Part shown: positions 39,945 through 54,419 of the stretch, piece after piece
Numbering within the stretch: position 1 is the stretch's first letter
Layout of the letters: each line of letters opens with the position of its first letter
Source: the human T2T-CHM13v2.0 reference genome, Homo sapiens
Assembly: GCF_009914755.1 (NCBI RefSeq)
Contig: NC_060929.1
Direction: 5' to 3' (one strand)
Length of the DNA: 64,000 nt
Notes under the pieces: model-generated
What the model saw: only the letters and a program-made list of their open reading frames with translations
What the model was told of the DNA's origin: nothing
The model's database searches: none
Program-made: the position numbers and the translations under genes

Positions 39945-40267
39945 TGTCACATTTCAGTCAATGGTGGAATCCATATGCAAAGGTGATCCCATAAGATTAT
40001 AATACCATATTTTTACTGTACTTTTTCTATATTTAGATATATAAGTACTTACCATTGTGTCCCAGTTGCCTACAGTATTCTGTATAGTAACATGCTGTAT
40101 AGATTTGTAGCTTAGGAGAAATAGGCTATACCATATAGCCTAGGTGTGTAGAAGGCTATACTAGCAGGTTTGTGTTAGTACACTCTATGATGGTTGCACA
40201 ATAGCAAGATAAACTAAGGATGCATTTCTCAGAACATATCTACATACTTAAGTGAGGAATGACTGTA
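39945..40267. mobile_element. Tigger3a/MER7-like DNA transposon
   Basis: tcccataagattataataccatatttttactgtac...aataggctataccatatagcctaggtgtgtag...gcatttctcagaacatatc...gactgta. Confidence 0.75.
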
Positions 40268-41352
<1,085 letters not shown>

Positions 41353-42607
41353 TCATATGTGCCACATTTTCTTTATTCATCTGTTGTTGGACACTTAGGT
41401 TGATTCCATCTCTTGGCTACTGTGAATAGTGCTGCAGTGAACATGGGAGTGCAGACATCTCTTTGGGATAGTGATTCTGTTTCCTTTGGATATATACTCA
41501 GTGGTGGGATTGCTGGATCATATGGTAGTTGTATTTTAAATTTTTTTAGGAACTTTCATACTGTTTTCCACTGTGGCTGTGCTGATTTACATTCCCAACA
41601 GTGTATAAGAATTCCCCTTTCTCCACATCCTTGTCAGCTTTTTTTTTTTTTTTTGTCTTTTTGGTAATAGCCATTCTAACAGGTGTGAGGTGGTATCTCA
41701 TTGTAGTTTTGTTCATTTTTCTGATGATTAGTGACGTTGAGCACTTTTGCATATACCTATTGGCCATTTGTGTGTGTCATTTTTTGGGAAAATGTCTATT
41801 TAGGTACTTTATTTTTAAATCTGGTTATTTGTGGGTTTGTTTGTTTGTTTGTTTTTGCTATTGAGTTGCGTGAGTTCCTTACATATTTTGGGTATTAACT
41901 CCGTATCAGATGCATGGTTTGTAAATATCTTCTCCAATTCTATAAGTTGCTGTTTTATTTTGCTGTTTCCTTTGCTGTGCAGAGATTTTTTGGTTTGGTG
42001 TAGTCACACTTATTTATTTTGCTTTTCTTGCTTGTGCTTTTGGTGTCACATCCAAAAAATAATTGCCAAGACCAATGTCAAGGAGTTTTTCCTCTGTGCT
42101 TCCTCCTAGGAGTTTTATGGTCTCAGGTTTTATGTTAAAGCCTTTATTGCATTTTGAGTTGATATTTGTATATGTGGTAAGATAGGGATCCAGTTTCATT
42201 TTTTTTGCATGTAGCTATCCAGTTTTCCTAGTATCATTATTGAAGGATCTGTCTTTTCTCTGTTGTGTATTTTTAGCACATTTGTTGAAGATTAATTGAC
42301 TGTATTTATGTGTGGGTTTATTTCTGGACTTTCTATTCTGTTCCATGTGCCCATGTGTCTGTTTTTATGTCAGTACCATAATGTTTTGATTACCATATCT
42401 TTGTAATATAATTTTAAGTTAGGCAGTGTGATGCTTCTGACTTTGTTCTTCTTGCTAAAGATTGCTTGAGCTCTTCTGGGTCTTTTGGGATTCCATTCAA
42501 ATTTCAGGATTTTTTTTTCTATTTCTGTGAAAAATTGCCATTATAATTTTGATAGAGATTAAATAGAATCTGTAGTTCACTTTGGGTAGTATGGATATTT
42601 TGACAAC

Positions 42608-42685
42608 ATGAGTTCTTCCAATCCATGAACACAGGATATCTTTCATATGAATTCTTCTAATCCATGAACATAGGATATCTTTCCA
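42608..42685 (+). repeat. 39-bp tandem duplication inside the L1
   Basis: atgagttcttccaatccatgaacacaggatatctttc and atgaattcttctaatccatgaacataggatatctttc. Confidence 0.85.
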
Positions 42686-42965
42686 TTTATCTGTGTTGCT
42701 TCAATTTCTTTCATTTATGTTTTATAGTTTTCAGTGCATATATTTTTGTCATGTTTTGATTTTAATAGATTTATTCTGCTGCCATATTTTCTTAGCTGTT
42801 TAAATAAAATACTTCTTGAGCCCTTATTTTTTTTGTTCTGAGCCTTAGTGAATACTGTAACTATAGTATTTCCATTTACCTCAAGTAACTAAAATTGTAA
42901 ATTACTCAATATTATGTGGGGAAAACTATATATATTATGCTTTTATATGTTCTCAGATACATTAA

Positions 42966-43372
<407 letters not shown>

Positions 43373-43874
43373 AAGATATAATTTTTATTCTGGAATATTC
43401 TGGGTGAAAGAAGTATTGCTTTAATGATGTGAAGCCAAAAAGAAAAAAAAGTGAAGCATGCATTTAGAGAGAACTCAAACAAGTTAATTCAACAAACTGC
43501 AACATAGCAGATTGCCAAGTTGTGCATTGTAAACTGAGAAATAAAACTAAATCTGCAACAAAATCACAAAGTCCATTATATTAGCATAGTACTTTTTTTT
43601 TATAGCCCCTATATCTATTTGAATAGCAAGGACAATGTAAGGAATACAAATTCTGCATATTTAAAATGCTTTCTGGCAATATCTGAAAATAATCTTATCT
43701 AATTTTCTTTATCTTCCTCAACCTGGCAAGGAAACCTAAAAACATTACTAGCTTATATTAATGTTTCCCATTAATTTTCAAGGTTATCAACCTTCCTGTT
43801 GAGAAAATTCACATGATGAAAGTTACTTTGAAAATTTCTGTCATATAAACTACTTAGAAAAACACATTTGTTTC

Positions 43875-44705
43875 ATAATTTCAGTACAGAGAATCCCTGT
43901 ATACCCTTTACTCAAATTCCTCAAATGGTAATATTTTACTACATTTTACATTGTCATTCCCTGAGTGGGTGGTTATGTGTGCATGCAAATAGTTAAATTA
44001 TGTCTATAAATGTTTCTTAACCATGTAAGAATAAATGAAAAATATGGTGTTCCTTTACCTCTTAATCTTTCATGGTGTATTTTCCTAAAAACATGGATAG
44101 TTTCTTACGTAAGCACAGTACAGTTACCAAAATCATAAAATTATCATCGATACAATGCTATTAGCTATCTCCAGACCTTGTTCAATTTTAGCAAGTTGTC
44201 CCAATAATGTTCCCTGTGGCAAAAGAAAATTCCATTACATGTGTTGCATATAGTTGTTGTGTCTCTGTAGTCTCCTTTAATCTGGGACAGTTCCTCAGTC
44301 TTTGTGTTTTATGGCACTGATATTTTAAAAGAATACAGACCAGTATTTTTGTTCTTGTGTTTTGCTAAGAGTGTAGTGTCTTTCAGTTTTGGTTTATCTG
44401 ATATTTCCTCATAATTGGATTCAGGTTAGGCATGTTTGGCAGGAATACTACGGAAGTGATGATGGGTGCTTCTCAGTGAGTTGTATCAGAAGGCATAGGA
44501 CGTCAATCTGTCCCATTACTGGTGATTTTATTAATATCTTTCATCTGCCAAGTTCCTTTTTCAGTAAAATTACTGTTTTTAAAAAATTATTAAGTACCAT
44601 GTCAGGAGATATTTTAAGCCCTTGTAAATATCCTGTTGCTCATTAGACTTTCACCCATTAATTAAGCATTCATTAATGGTTTTTGCTTTAATAAATTATG
44701 ATGAT
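43875..44705 (-). mobile_element. Old L1MD/ME-type 3' fragment
   Basis: agtacagagaatccctgtataccctttactcaaattcc and tctcctttaatctgggacagttcctcagtcttt. Confidence 0.7.
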
Positions 44706-45472
44706 GCTCGATGATTTAGGATTCTAACATTTCCCCTTTTGCTTCTTTTTCCCCTTCACTGCTCTATCTCTAAATGGTGTTACTGTCTTCCTTTTTACTG
44801 TCCTCACTCCAGACTTGATGCCTTTTGATGACCGCCACCTCAAATCATGAGTGCTTAAAAGTACGCCTTTCTTAGAGCAAGTGCTTTCATCAGCTAGGAC
44901 TCTTTTTCATGCATGTGGGTTGAGCTTTCTCTTTCTGGGGAGGATTTTTAAGTAAGTCTTAGGCCCTCCAGAAGTTCCGTCCTTTCTCTGCCGTTCAGAG
45001 TTTCCCGACTCCCCTTACCCTCCGCAGAGTCTTATAGCAGGAGCACGAGGGCTTACCTGCTGGATTTGCTGTTGATTTTATTATTTACAGGTAATTTGAA
45101 ATTTGGGCATTTTCTTTCTTCTAATGATGCTATGTACGTGCACTTTATGTAGCTTTATTTGTTCTTTTTGTTTGGTGTTGCTTTTTGTGAGACTCAGCTT
45201 TATGTGACCACTATTACCTTGGTACCCAGATTCCTATGAGCTACTTTTTGAATGAAGCTGTATAGTCTTTAGTTTTCTCCTCAAGTATTTAAAACATTTC
45301 CCCCTCATTTTGAGTCAGTGGTTCATAAAATGTTAGAGGCATAATCAGCTTCTGGTTTTGTAATAAAGGAACAACCTTATAAAATACTCAGTTGGTCTTC
45401 CTTTATGTGAATTATAGGATAGCTGCCATGTGAACAAAAACATATAAAATAATTCTCTGTTTACATAAAACA

Positions 45473-45720
45473 AGAGTCTCACTCTGTAACCCAGGCTAGA
45501 GTGCACTGGCGCAATCGCTACTCATTGCAACGTCTGCCTCCCATTCAGGCCATTCTCCTGCTTCAGTCTCTGAGTAGCTGGGATTACAGGCGCCCGCCAC
45601 CACACCCTGGCTAATTTTTGTATTTTTAGTAGAGATGGGGTTTCACCATGTTGGCCAGGCTAGTCTTGAACTCCTGACCTCAAGTGATCTGCCAGCCTCG
45701 GCCTCCTACCACGCCTGGCC
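45473..45720 (-). mobile_element. Tail-less Alu with a left-arm deletion, ending 92 nt upstream of exon 45813
   Basis: Starts at agagtctcactctgt with no poly(T); ggcctcctaccacgcctggcc lacks the caaagtgctgggattacagg segment. Confidence 0.92.
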
Positions 45721-45812
45721 AGAAGTTTTTAAATTGGGAAAATTTTATTAATTCTTAGCTAGGCCAATCTTACCTGCTTTTACTCAGGAAATGTTTTTCT
45801 TTCAACTTCCAG

Positions 45813-46093
45813 GTTGGTGATTTGGATATCAGCTATATTAATATAGAGGGAATCACTGCCACTACCAGCCCTGAATCCAGAGGTTGCACTCTGTGGCCTC
45901 AGAGCAGCAAACACACCCTTCCTACAGAAACCAGTCCCAGTGTGTACCCACTTAGTGAAAATGTCGAAGGGACAGCACACACTGAAGCCCAGCAGTCCTT
46001 CATGTCACCATCAAGTTCGTGTGCTTCCAACTTGAATCTTTCTTTTGGTTGGCATGGATTTGAAAAGGAACAAAGTCATCTAAAGAAAAGAAG
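45813..46093 (+). CDS. ARHGEF28: ARHGEF28 coding exon (281 nt, phase 0 to 2): VGDLDISYINIEG...EKEQSHLKKR
   Basis: Acceptor tttttctttcaacttccag|GTT, donor AGAAG|gtaaga. Overlaps ORF-track entry 45822..46097. Confidence 0.97.
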
Positions 46094-46279
46094 GTAAGAG
46101 TCTATATTGTAGAGGAAAACTGTAGAACATCAAAGAACCTTATAGGTAGACTTCAAAAATTCTAGTTTTAAACTTTTTATTGTCTCTACCACTTTTATTT
46201 GCCCATCAAAATGTCCCCTTTTAGGGTCCTATATTCACTGATTTGAAAGTAAGACACTTAAGAAAACTGACTAAAATAT

Positions 46280-47330
46280 GATAAAGGAAAACCACGATGA
46301 GATACCAGTTTATACTCACTTGACTGGCAAAAATTAAAAAATCTAACAATCCCATGTTTTGGTGAGAATGCATAACATGGAAATTCCTGCATAAAGATGA
46401 TAGGAGAGAAAATTGTGTAACTTGGGAAAATAATTTGACATTATCTTGTAAAGTCAAATATGCATTTTCCTCTCGTGTACTAGGAGACCTATATGGAGTA
46501 TTATTATAGCAGCAGGAAATAACCCAAATGTGGAATAAATAACTTATATATAGTTACACAATAGAATACTGTACAGTAATGAAAATGAATTAGCTACAAT
46601 TACATCTGCATGCATAATAACATAGACCTTAGAAGCATGAAGGAACAAAAAAAGCCCCAAAATACTTGTTAGATTTCATTTTTATAGAATGCAAATTAAA
46701 AAATATATTATTATAGGGCACCTACATATGTGCATAAGCTATAAAGAAAAACAAGAGGCCTGGCGTGGTGGCTCACGCCTGTAATTCCAGCACTTTGGGA
46801 GGCCAAGGCAGGCAGAATGCTTGAACTCAGGAGCTCAAGACCAGCATGGGCAACATGGTAAAACCCCATCTCTACCAAAAATACAAAAATTATCTGGGCA
46901 TGGTGGCACGCACATGTGGTCCTGATACTTGGCAGGTTGGGGTGGGAGGATCGCTTGAACCTGGGAGGCAGAAGTTGCAGTGAGCCAAGATGGCACCACT
47001 GAACTCCAACCTGGGTGACAGAGTGAGACCTGTCTCAAAAAGAAGAAAAAAAAAAAAAAAGAGAGAAAAAGAAAAACAAAATAATGAAGGGGAAAAAATT
47101 CCTAAATTCAAAATAGTTGTTACATCTAGGGAAGGAAATAGGGAAATGGGAATGGAATGAATCATAACAGAGTTTCCATGGTAGATGGCCAGTATCCAAG
47201 TTTCAAGGTGGGTGGGCTCATGAGTGTTTGTTTTATTTAACATATGTTTGTATTTTATATTTTAACATAAAATTTATCTTATATTTATTTTACTTTCAGT
47301 TACCTTATATTTTCTTGCATATATAAAAAC
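46280..47330 (+). mobile_element. L1ME-type fragment interrupted by an Alu
   Basis: gagataccagtttatactcacttgactggcaaaaattaaaaaatctaacaat and aatagaatactgtacagtaatgaaaatgaat. Confidence 0.7.
46757..47080 (+). mobile_element. Alu (J/S-like), about 660 nt downstream of exon end 46093
   Basis: Full dimer with A-rich tail. Confidence 0.95.
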
Positions 47331-48028
47331 TCATTGAAATGATAGTTTCATTGCATCTGATATGATTACATATATTAGTGTGTGTGCACACATGTGTGTC
47401 CATATCTGTATATCTGTATCTGTCTATCTGATTGTCTATTTTCTTTTGGGAACAGGCCAATTTCCACTAATTTCATTTTATCCTGTTGATCACACTTTCC
47501 TTAGGGAGTAGCTTTTTTTTCCCCCATATCCTACCCATGTGATTATATGTTCATTTTCACATATAAAATGAATCAAAGTGAACATAAAATGCACACACAT
47601 ATGTGACTATGTATATAAATATTTCTCTGTGAATGAACATGCACATAGGTGAATGAGTATTCAGCAGGGAGTTAATATAGAGGGGAGAGAAAGGTAGAGG
47701 AACCAGCAATCAGTAGGTGTCCATCACTGAGATACACCACAACATGCAATTTGAGGTTGTAAAACTTTAGCACATATTGGTACCAAGGGTTATGTGTGAT
47801 GTGTAAATAATAAAAGACTTGCTTTAGATTTATACTTTGTGAATTATGGTTTTGTAGATGCTGGGTAGTCACTACTATAATTTGAAGTGATAGGCTAATT
47901 TGAACTGTCCACACGTCTGCTTGGGACAAGAGACTGCCAGTCCACACAAGATTCTATACAGTTTTGCAAAAATAAATTGAGCTATGTGTGATAAATGCAT
48001 TCTAGTGGATCTTTAAGATCTGTCAAGT

Positions 48029-48338
48029 GGCCAGGTATGGTGGCTCACACCTGCAATCCCCGTACTTTGGGAGGCCGAGGCAGGTGGATCACCTGAGGTC
48101 AGGAGTTTGAGACCAGCCTAGGCGGCCAACACGGTGAAACTCCCGCTCTAGTAAAAATACAAAAATTAGCTGGGCATGGTGGCACACATCTCTAATCCCA
48201 TCTACTCAGGGGAGGGGCTGAGGCAGGCTCATTGCCTGAATCCGGGAGGCACAGATTTCAGTGAGCAGAGATGGCACTACTGCACTCCAGCCTGGGGGAC
48301 GGAGTGAGACTCTGTCTTTAAAAAAAAAAAAAAAAAAA
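48029..48338 (+). mobile_element. Alu (S-type)
   Basis: Full dimer; TSD tctgtca(a/g)gt. Confidence 0.94.
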
Positions 48339-49883
48339 GTCTGTCAGGTGTGTGAGCCCCCAGATCTCAAGAGATAAATAAGTTCTTTAGAAGTCTTCTA
48401 GGAATATAGCATGGAAAAGACACAAAATAGTCTGTCTGTTTTATTGATACTTATGCAGATACTTGCAGAGTATCGAAATTATACTTTCTGATCATGGTCT
48501 TGTCTTGGAAAGTTTAACATTTCACTGCTACAGATAGAATTTTTCCTCTGTAGAATATAATTTAGACAAAATATCTGTTTTGAGTACAGGTAATTAGAAG
48601 CTTCTGTGAAGATGTCACTGCTCAGGGGAAAGGGAGGAAGCCAGGAGAGGAAGGAGAAGCCATTCTACAGAAAAGCTTTCTGGCTGGTTCCACGAGCTGA
48701 CTTCATCTCCTTTGCCCTCCCTCTCCTCTGAAAAATGTAGGAATGAAGGGAGAGAAGTCGCAATCCCTGGAAAGCCCTGGGGTGGCTGTGGGTCCCTTCC
48801 TTCAGTGGATGTCATGGTAGGAAGCACAGTTGATAACAAACTCAAAGTGAAATGCACTTAATTTGTTAATAAGCAGATAATAGCCCTAGAGGCTGGAAAC
48901 CTCTAATGAAGGAGAAATTTGGGGGCACACAGTAAAAACTGGAGTTAATATAAGGACATAGCTGACTGGGACCTGAGTCCTAAGTTTTCTAGGGTTTAAA
49001 AGAATATTTTGGTGAAACTAAAATATGTATACTATGTAACCATTATGTTATATTATTTAAATGTAATAACTGTTTTGAGAAGCCACAAAGGGAAGATAAG
49101 TAATAAAAACATTAATTTAAAAATACTATACAGCAAAAAATTAAGCAGCAGACAAGTGTTTGTTTCATTCTAAAGCTTGTATTTTTCAAACCTTTTAAAA
49201 AAACTACAGAGCAAGAAATGCATGTCACACCATGAACGTCCCCTATCTCCCATAAAATTTAAGTGAAGTCTTATAAAATGATTTGTGCAACATATTCTGA
49301 TATTTTCTATTCTATATATTTTTTAAAAAACTCTAGTTACAACCTAATGAATTGATTTCTTATCCCACTACTGGGAATTAGAAAAATAATATCGTAAAAC
49401 AAGAACCTAGAGGTTATCCTGAAGAATATTGCCTGTGCCACCAATATCTTAGGTTAATAGCTTAAATAAAAGTAGTAGCCCCATTTGAATGAATAGAAAC
49501 AATGTTTTATAGTATGCAAAATAAAATACTGATACTTCTAGGATGTATTCATAGTGATGATGAAATGCTGTCTGTAACTGGAAAGGCTTGTGTTAAAATC
49601 GGATATTATTGCGGGCTGCCAATCATTTGAAGAACTATTTTCCACTAGTACAGAGATCACAAGTTGAAAGACAAGTGCTGAGGTACAAGACATGGGCAAG
49701 CTTCAGCCCGCCTTGAAATCTCCTTCCGTCTCAGATTGTTGTACTAGGAAACCACGTAGCAACTTGAAATACCTGTAATTATTAGATTAGTTCAAAAACT
49801 AATCTGTGTTTGCATTAGAGGCATAGTAGAATAAGACCAGGACTCATACCATGTATTCAGTTAACTTACTGTGTCCATTAAAT

Positions 49884-50043
49884 AGCCTATTTTTTTTTAA
49901 ATAACCTAAACAGGTTAATTCAAAGTTTCATTTTCTGGTTCTTGTATTTCAAAATAAAAAAAAAAGCCTATGTTTTTTTTTTTTTTAAATAACCTAAACA
50001 GGTTAATTCAAAGTTTCATTTTCTGGTTCTTGTATTTCAAAAT
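49884..50043 (+). repeat. Tandem duplication with an identical 57-bp core (49899-49955 = 49987-50043) and an A10 junction
   Basis: aaataacctaaacaggttaattcaaagtttcattttctggttcttgtatttcaaaat occurs twice, each time preceded by agcctat and a T run. Confidence 0.95.
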
Positions 50044-50326
50044 CAAGACAGTTTCATTGTTTTGTTATTAAAATTATAACTCCAGAACTGTAACAACCAA
50101 AAAAAAAAAAAAAAAACCACAAAACACACATTTGAAATGCTTCGTGCATTAACATGCACCCAGGAAAGCTGTTGGCCTCCAAGTTTGAGTCGTTTAAAAC
50201 GTAATGTTATGGAATAGACCTGGGATGTAGAGGGTCAAATTCTTTCCTTTTAATTTCATGGTTTATTAAAGTTAAATGAGGAAAAAAGTTGTTGTCAAGC
50301 AGCATTACTACCTGGTTCTAAGGTAG

Positions 50327-50647
<321 letters not shown>

Positions 50648-51004
50648 TCAGAATCATCTTTTTTTAACCTCTAAAAATGATCATTTAGTATGACATGTTT
50701 GGGACATTGCACGACTCACTTCTGAACTGTGTCTTGACATGGTCCTGGGGCGGATGGGTGGGACCTTCACACATCTCTCCTTGGTGTGCCTCTGCCCTCC
50801 CGAGCTTCCCAGCTGAGGGACAGGGGAGAGAATGACACTTCTGCAGCTTAGTCACATGCAAATCCCCCCCAGAAGCTTCCCTGCAAACAGCCCAGTGACT
50901 CTGTTTCCACCAGCATTTAAAATATTTGATGGGTTACCATTTGGGACTTGCGATATCAATAATTATATTTACAAAACAGAAGTGGTGAGGTTAGTACTAA
51001 CTCA

Positions 51005-51381
<377 letters not shown>

Positions 51382-51599
51382 CTAGGTAGGAATGTTCATT
51401 CGGGGTAACATAAAATTTTGTTTAAAAAGAGATTTGGAGGGAGGAGAAAAAGGCTAATTAAATACTAGTTGGAAATTAAATGAATACCTATTGCACCCCC
51501 CCCGCCCCAGTGAAAGAATCTGGATTCAGAGAAGTAGAAACCAATGACGCTCTGTGTCCTTCCTTGCTTCTTTACTTACTTGCTGGCTTTGTGCTTTAG

Positions 51600-51807
51600 T
51601 TCTAGCCTTGATGCCTTGGACGCCGACAGTGAAGGGGAAGGGCATTCTGAGCCATCCCACATCTGTTACACTCCAGGGTCTCAGAGCTCCTCAAGAACTG
51701 GGATTCCTAGTGGGGATGAATTGGACTCTTTTGAGACTAACACTGAACCGGATTTTAATATCTCCAGGGCTGAATCCCTTCCTCTATCAAGTAATCTACA
51801 GTCGAAG
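51600..51807 (+). CDS. ARHGEF28: ARHGEF28 coding exon (208 nt, phase 2 to 0): SSSLDALDADSEGEGH...SSNLQSK
   Basis: Acceptor ctttgtgctttag|T, donor AAG|gtattc. Lies within ORF-track entry 51544..51927. Confidence 0.97.
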
Positions 51808-54307
51808 GTATTCTTATTGCTATTAATTTGGTATATTGCAAGTGTGGAGAATATGTTGTCTGCATTTACCCATCTGTATCTGAAAGACATATTATATTTT
51901 ATTCATACATATGAACTATTTTTTTGAGACCCATGTGATATCTGATTGAGTCTGTCTTTTTAATCTTTCCCACTCTGTTTTAATTTTTATAATCTTTACT
52001 CAAAATGGCTGATTTACATTTTCATTAATTCACCATGAGTACATACCATCTTTCTTTCACATACTTGGAAAATTTTATCATTTTACAATGATTTCTCCCA
52101 TCATCTCTTAAGCAAAGGGAGAAAAACCGATAGTATTAAATGAGTTTAAGTGATCAAACTTGTTTTGCTCACGTAAATAATTGTATGGCCCTGATGATGA
52201 GGTAAATGATGTTAATAAGGTAGAAGTGATATTTATTGAGCATTTCTGGCTGCTTGAACTAATCCGGAATATCACAGATTTTGTCAACTTTTCCATAGGA
52301 GCCAGGTTTTATCTTGTTGGCTATTTCACATTGGAGTTTCATTTAGGTGTGCTTGTTTTTTTGTTATTTATTTACTTATTTATTTATTAAAAAACTAAAT
52401 ACATTGCTCTGAATGTAAGAAAGCCCTTTTGCGTTTGAACAGATTTTTTTTCCCTGTTTGATTTGTTATTTTCTACTTGTTTTCTTCTTAAGTTTACTTA
52501 TTACTATAAAACAATGTGTGCTATGGCAAAACTTCTCTTTCTAACGTATGGTTGTTATGATAATACCTTCTTTTTGTAGCATGCCCTACAATATACAAAA
52601 TATGTTTTATGTATGTACAAAATATATAATTGCCTCATAACTCACCTATTACATAAGTAGTGCTTTTATTTAATTTTATTTTTTGAGTAGATGAGATTCT
52701 GGAAGGGTTGGAGTTCTGTCCAGCTTTGTGTCACCAGCTTGGTGATAGACTCAGAACTCAATTCTGGGTCTTTTGAGCACAGATCCTGTATCCTTTACCC
52801 TCTGCTCTAAGACCTGCAGAGCTGCCGTAATCTTTTGCATCTGAAGGTCATGTGATATTTCTGGATAATGAGAAGTTTGTATGGTTGTTATGTAGATACT
52901 TCTTAGTTTTGCATGTTGAGTGGAACTGTGAAAAGTTCATCATTACTTGGATGAAAAATAATCCAGTCTCTTGAAACAGTTTCATGTTGCTCATTTTTAG
53001 GAAGAATCTGAACCATAAATATATCTGCCTTGCCTCTGTAATTAACCAGTATAACTTTTTGCCAAAGTTTTGGACAATTTTCAAAGTTCTATTGTCATGA
53101 CAAATGGTTACCACGTATACATGACTCTGAAGAGGGCCCTTAGTGGCCAGCTCACTGTTTAGGGTTATAGGACAACTTGGGTTGGCCTTCTTGACGTCTA
53201 GGCCCGGTAGGTGCTCCCTAATAAGATAGGAGCCAAAGCCCAAGGGCCCTTTGAAGCAAGGTTAGGCTTCCATTTTTCAACTTTCCTCCAGGCTCCTTAA
53301 CTAAACTAATGAAGTTAGGGTAACCATGTGTTTTTCCTTAGAGGAAACAAAAGAGACCAGTGCTCCTGAAGGTCAGTTTCTGATGGTTTAATTTTAGTAA
53401 AGAGTTTTGCATTATTTTCTTTTAGCCTTAACCTTAAGTGATATCTTAAAAATGCATGGGCAGGATCAGTCCTAAGGGCTTTATAGGATAGAAGTTGGGT
53501 ACTATAAATGGCTTCAGTGGAGTTCTATTGCATATTCACTTAAATTTTCTGGAACATAAGAAAACTATGTTTTAATGATCTTGCCATCTTGCATTTTCAT
53601 GTATGTTGCCAATATAATAATAGGAATAATAAGTAATTGGGACAACAGGAACAAAACCGGCAAGTCATTTTAAAGTAGTAATATTAAGGATGTATAAATT
53701 AGTGATATCCAAACATCCACCCCAGAAAGTGCTAGATGGAAGGTCTATCAAAAATTGAGTACAGATTGGAAGGATTTGTATATTAACTGGATATATTTTT
53801 CCCTAAATGTTGCAGCTAACATTATAAACTTAAATCATGGTTTGGAAGTCTAAAAATCTCTTATAATTGTAAGTGGCTATTCCACTATCCTCTAGTAATC
53901 CTTAAATATAGAAATCTCAGTTAATATAGAATTTTGTTAGAGGGCTACAGTAAAATAACAAAATAACTGACACCTCAGGTAAAAATAATAAACTCATTGT
54001 TGAATATACAAAGAAAAAGTCATTTGTCTTAAGTTTTCATTTTTAGCCAAGTTGGCTAGGATATCATAGTTGCATTCTATAGTATATACAGGAACTATTC
54101 CCCAAGCTGAAGGTTGCTGAAGTATTAAAATGGCAATAACATTTTAAAAATTGTGAGAGGAAAACAGAAACACATAATGAGATCATATCAGAAATGTTCA
54201 GGTTGAATCTCTTTTCAAAGGTGCAAATTTAGTAACATTTGAGGTGGTGAATATATATTTTCAGACCATGTATAAATTTTTAAACACTTTATTATAATCT
54301 CTTTTAG

Positions 54308-54419
54308 GAATCACTGCTTTCTGGAGTTCGCTCACGTTCTTATTCTTGCTCATCACCCAAAATTTCTTTAGGAAAAACTCGTTTGGTGCGTGAATTAACA
54401 GTATGCAGTTCAAGTGAAG
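54308..54419 (+). CDS. ARHGEF28: ARHGEF28 coding exon (112 nt, phase 0 to 1): ESLLSGVRSRSYSCSSPKISLGKTRLVRELTVCSSSE
   Basis: Acceptor atctcttttag|GAA, donor GAAG|gtaagc. In frame with the neighbouring exons. Confidence 0.96.

Noticed and set aside
51544-51927. ORF-track entries 51544..51927, 62834..63313 and 63279..63728 as stand-alone genes
   Set aside because: Only the parts bounded by AG/GT are coding. The extensions are read-through into introns.
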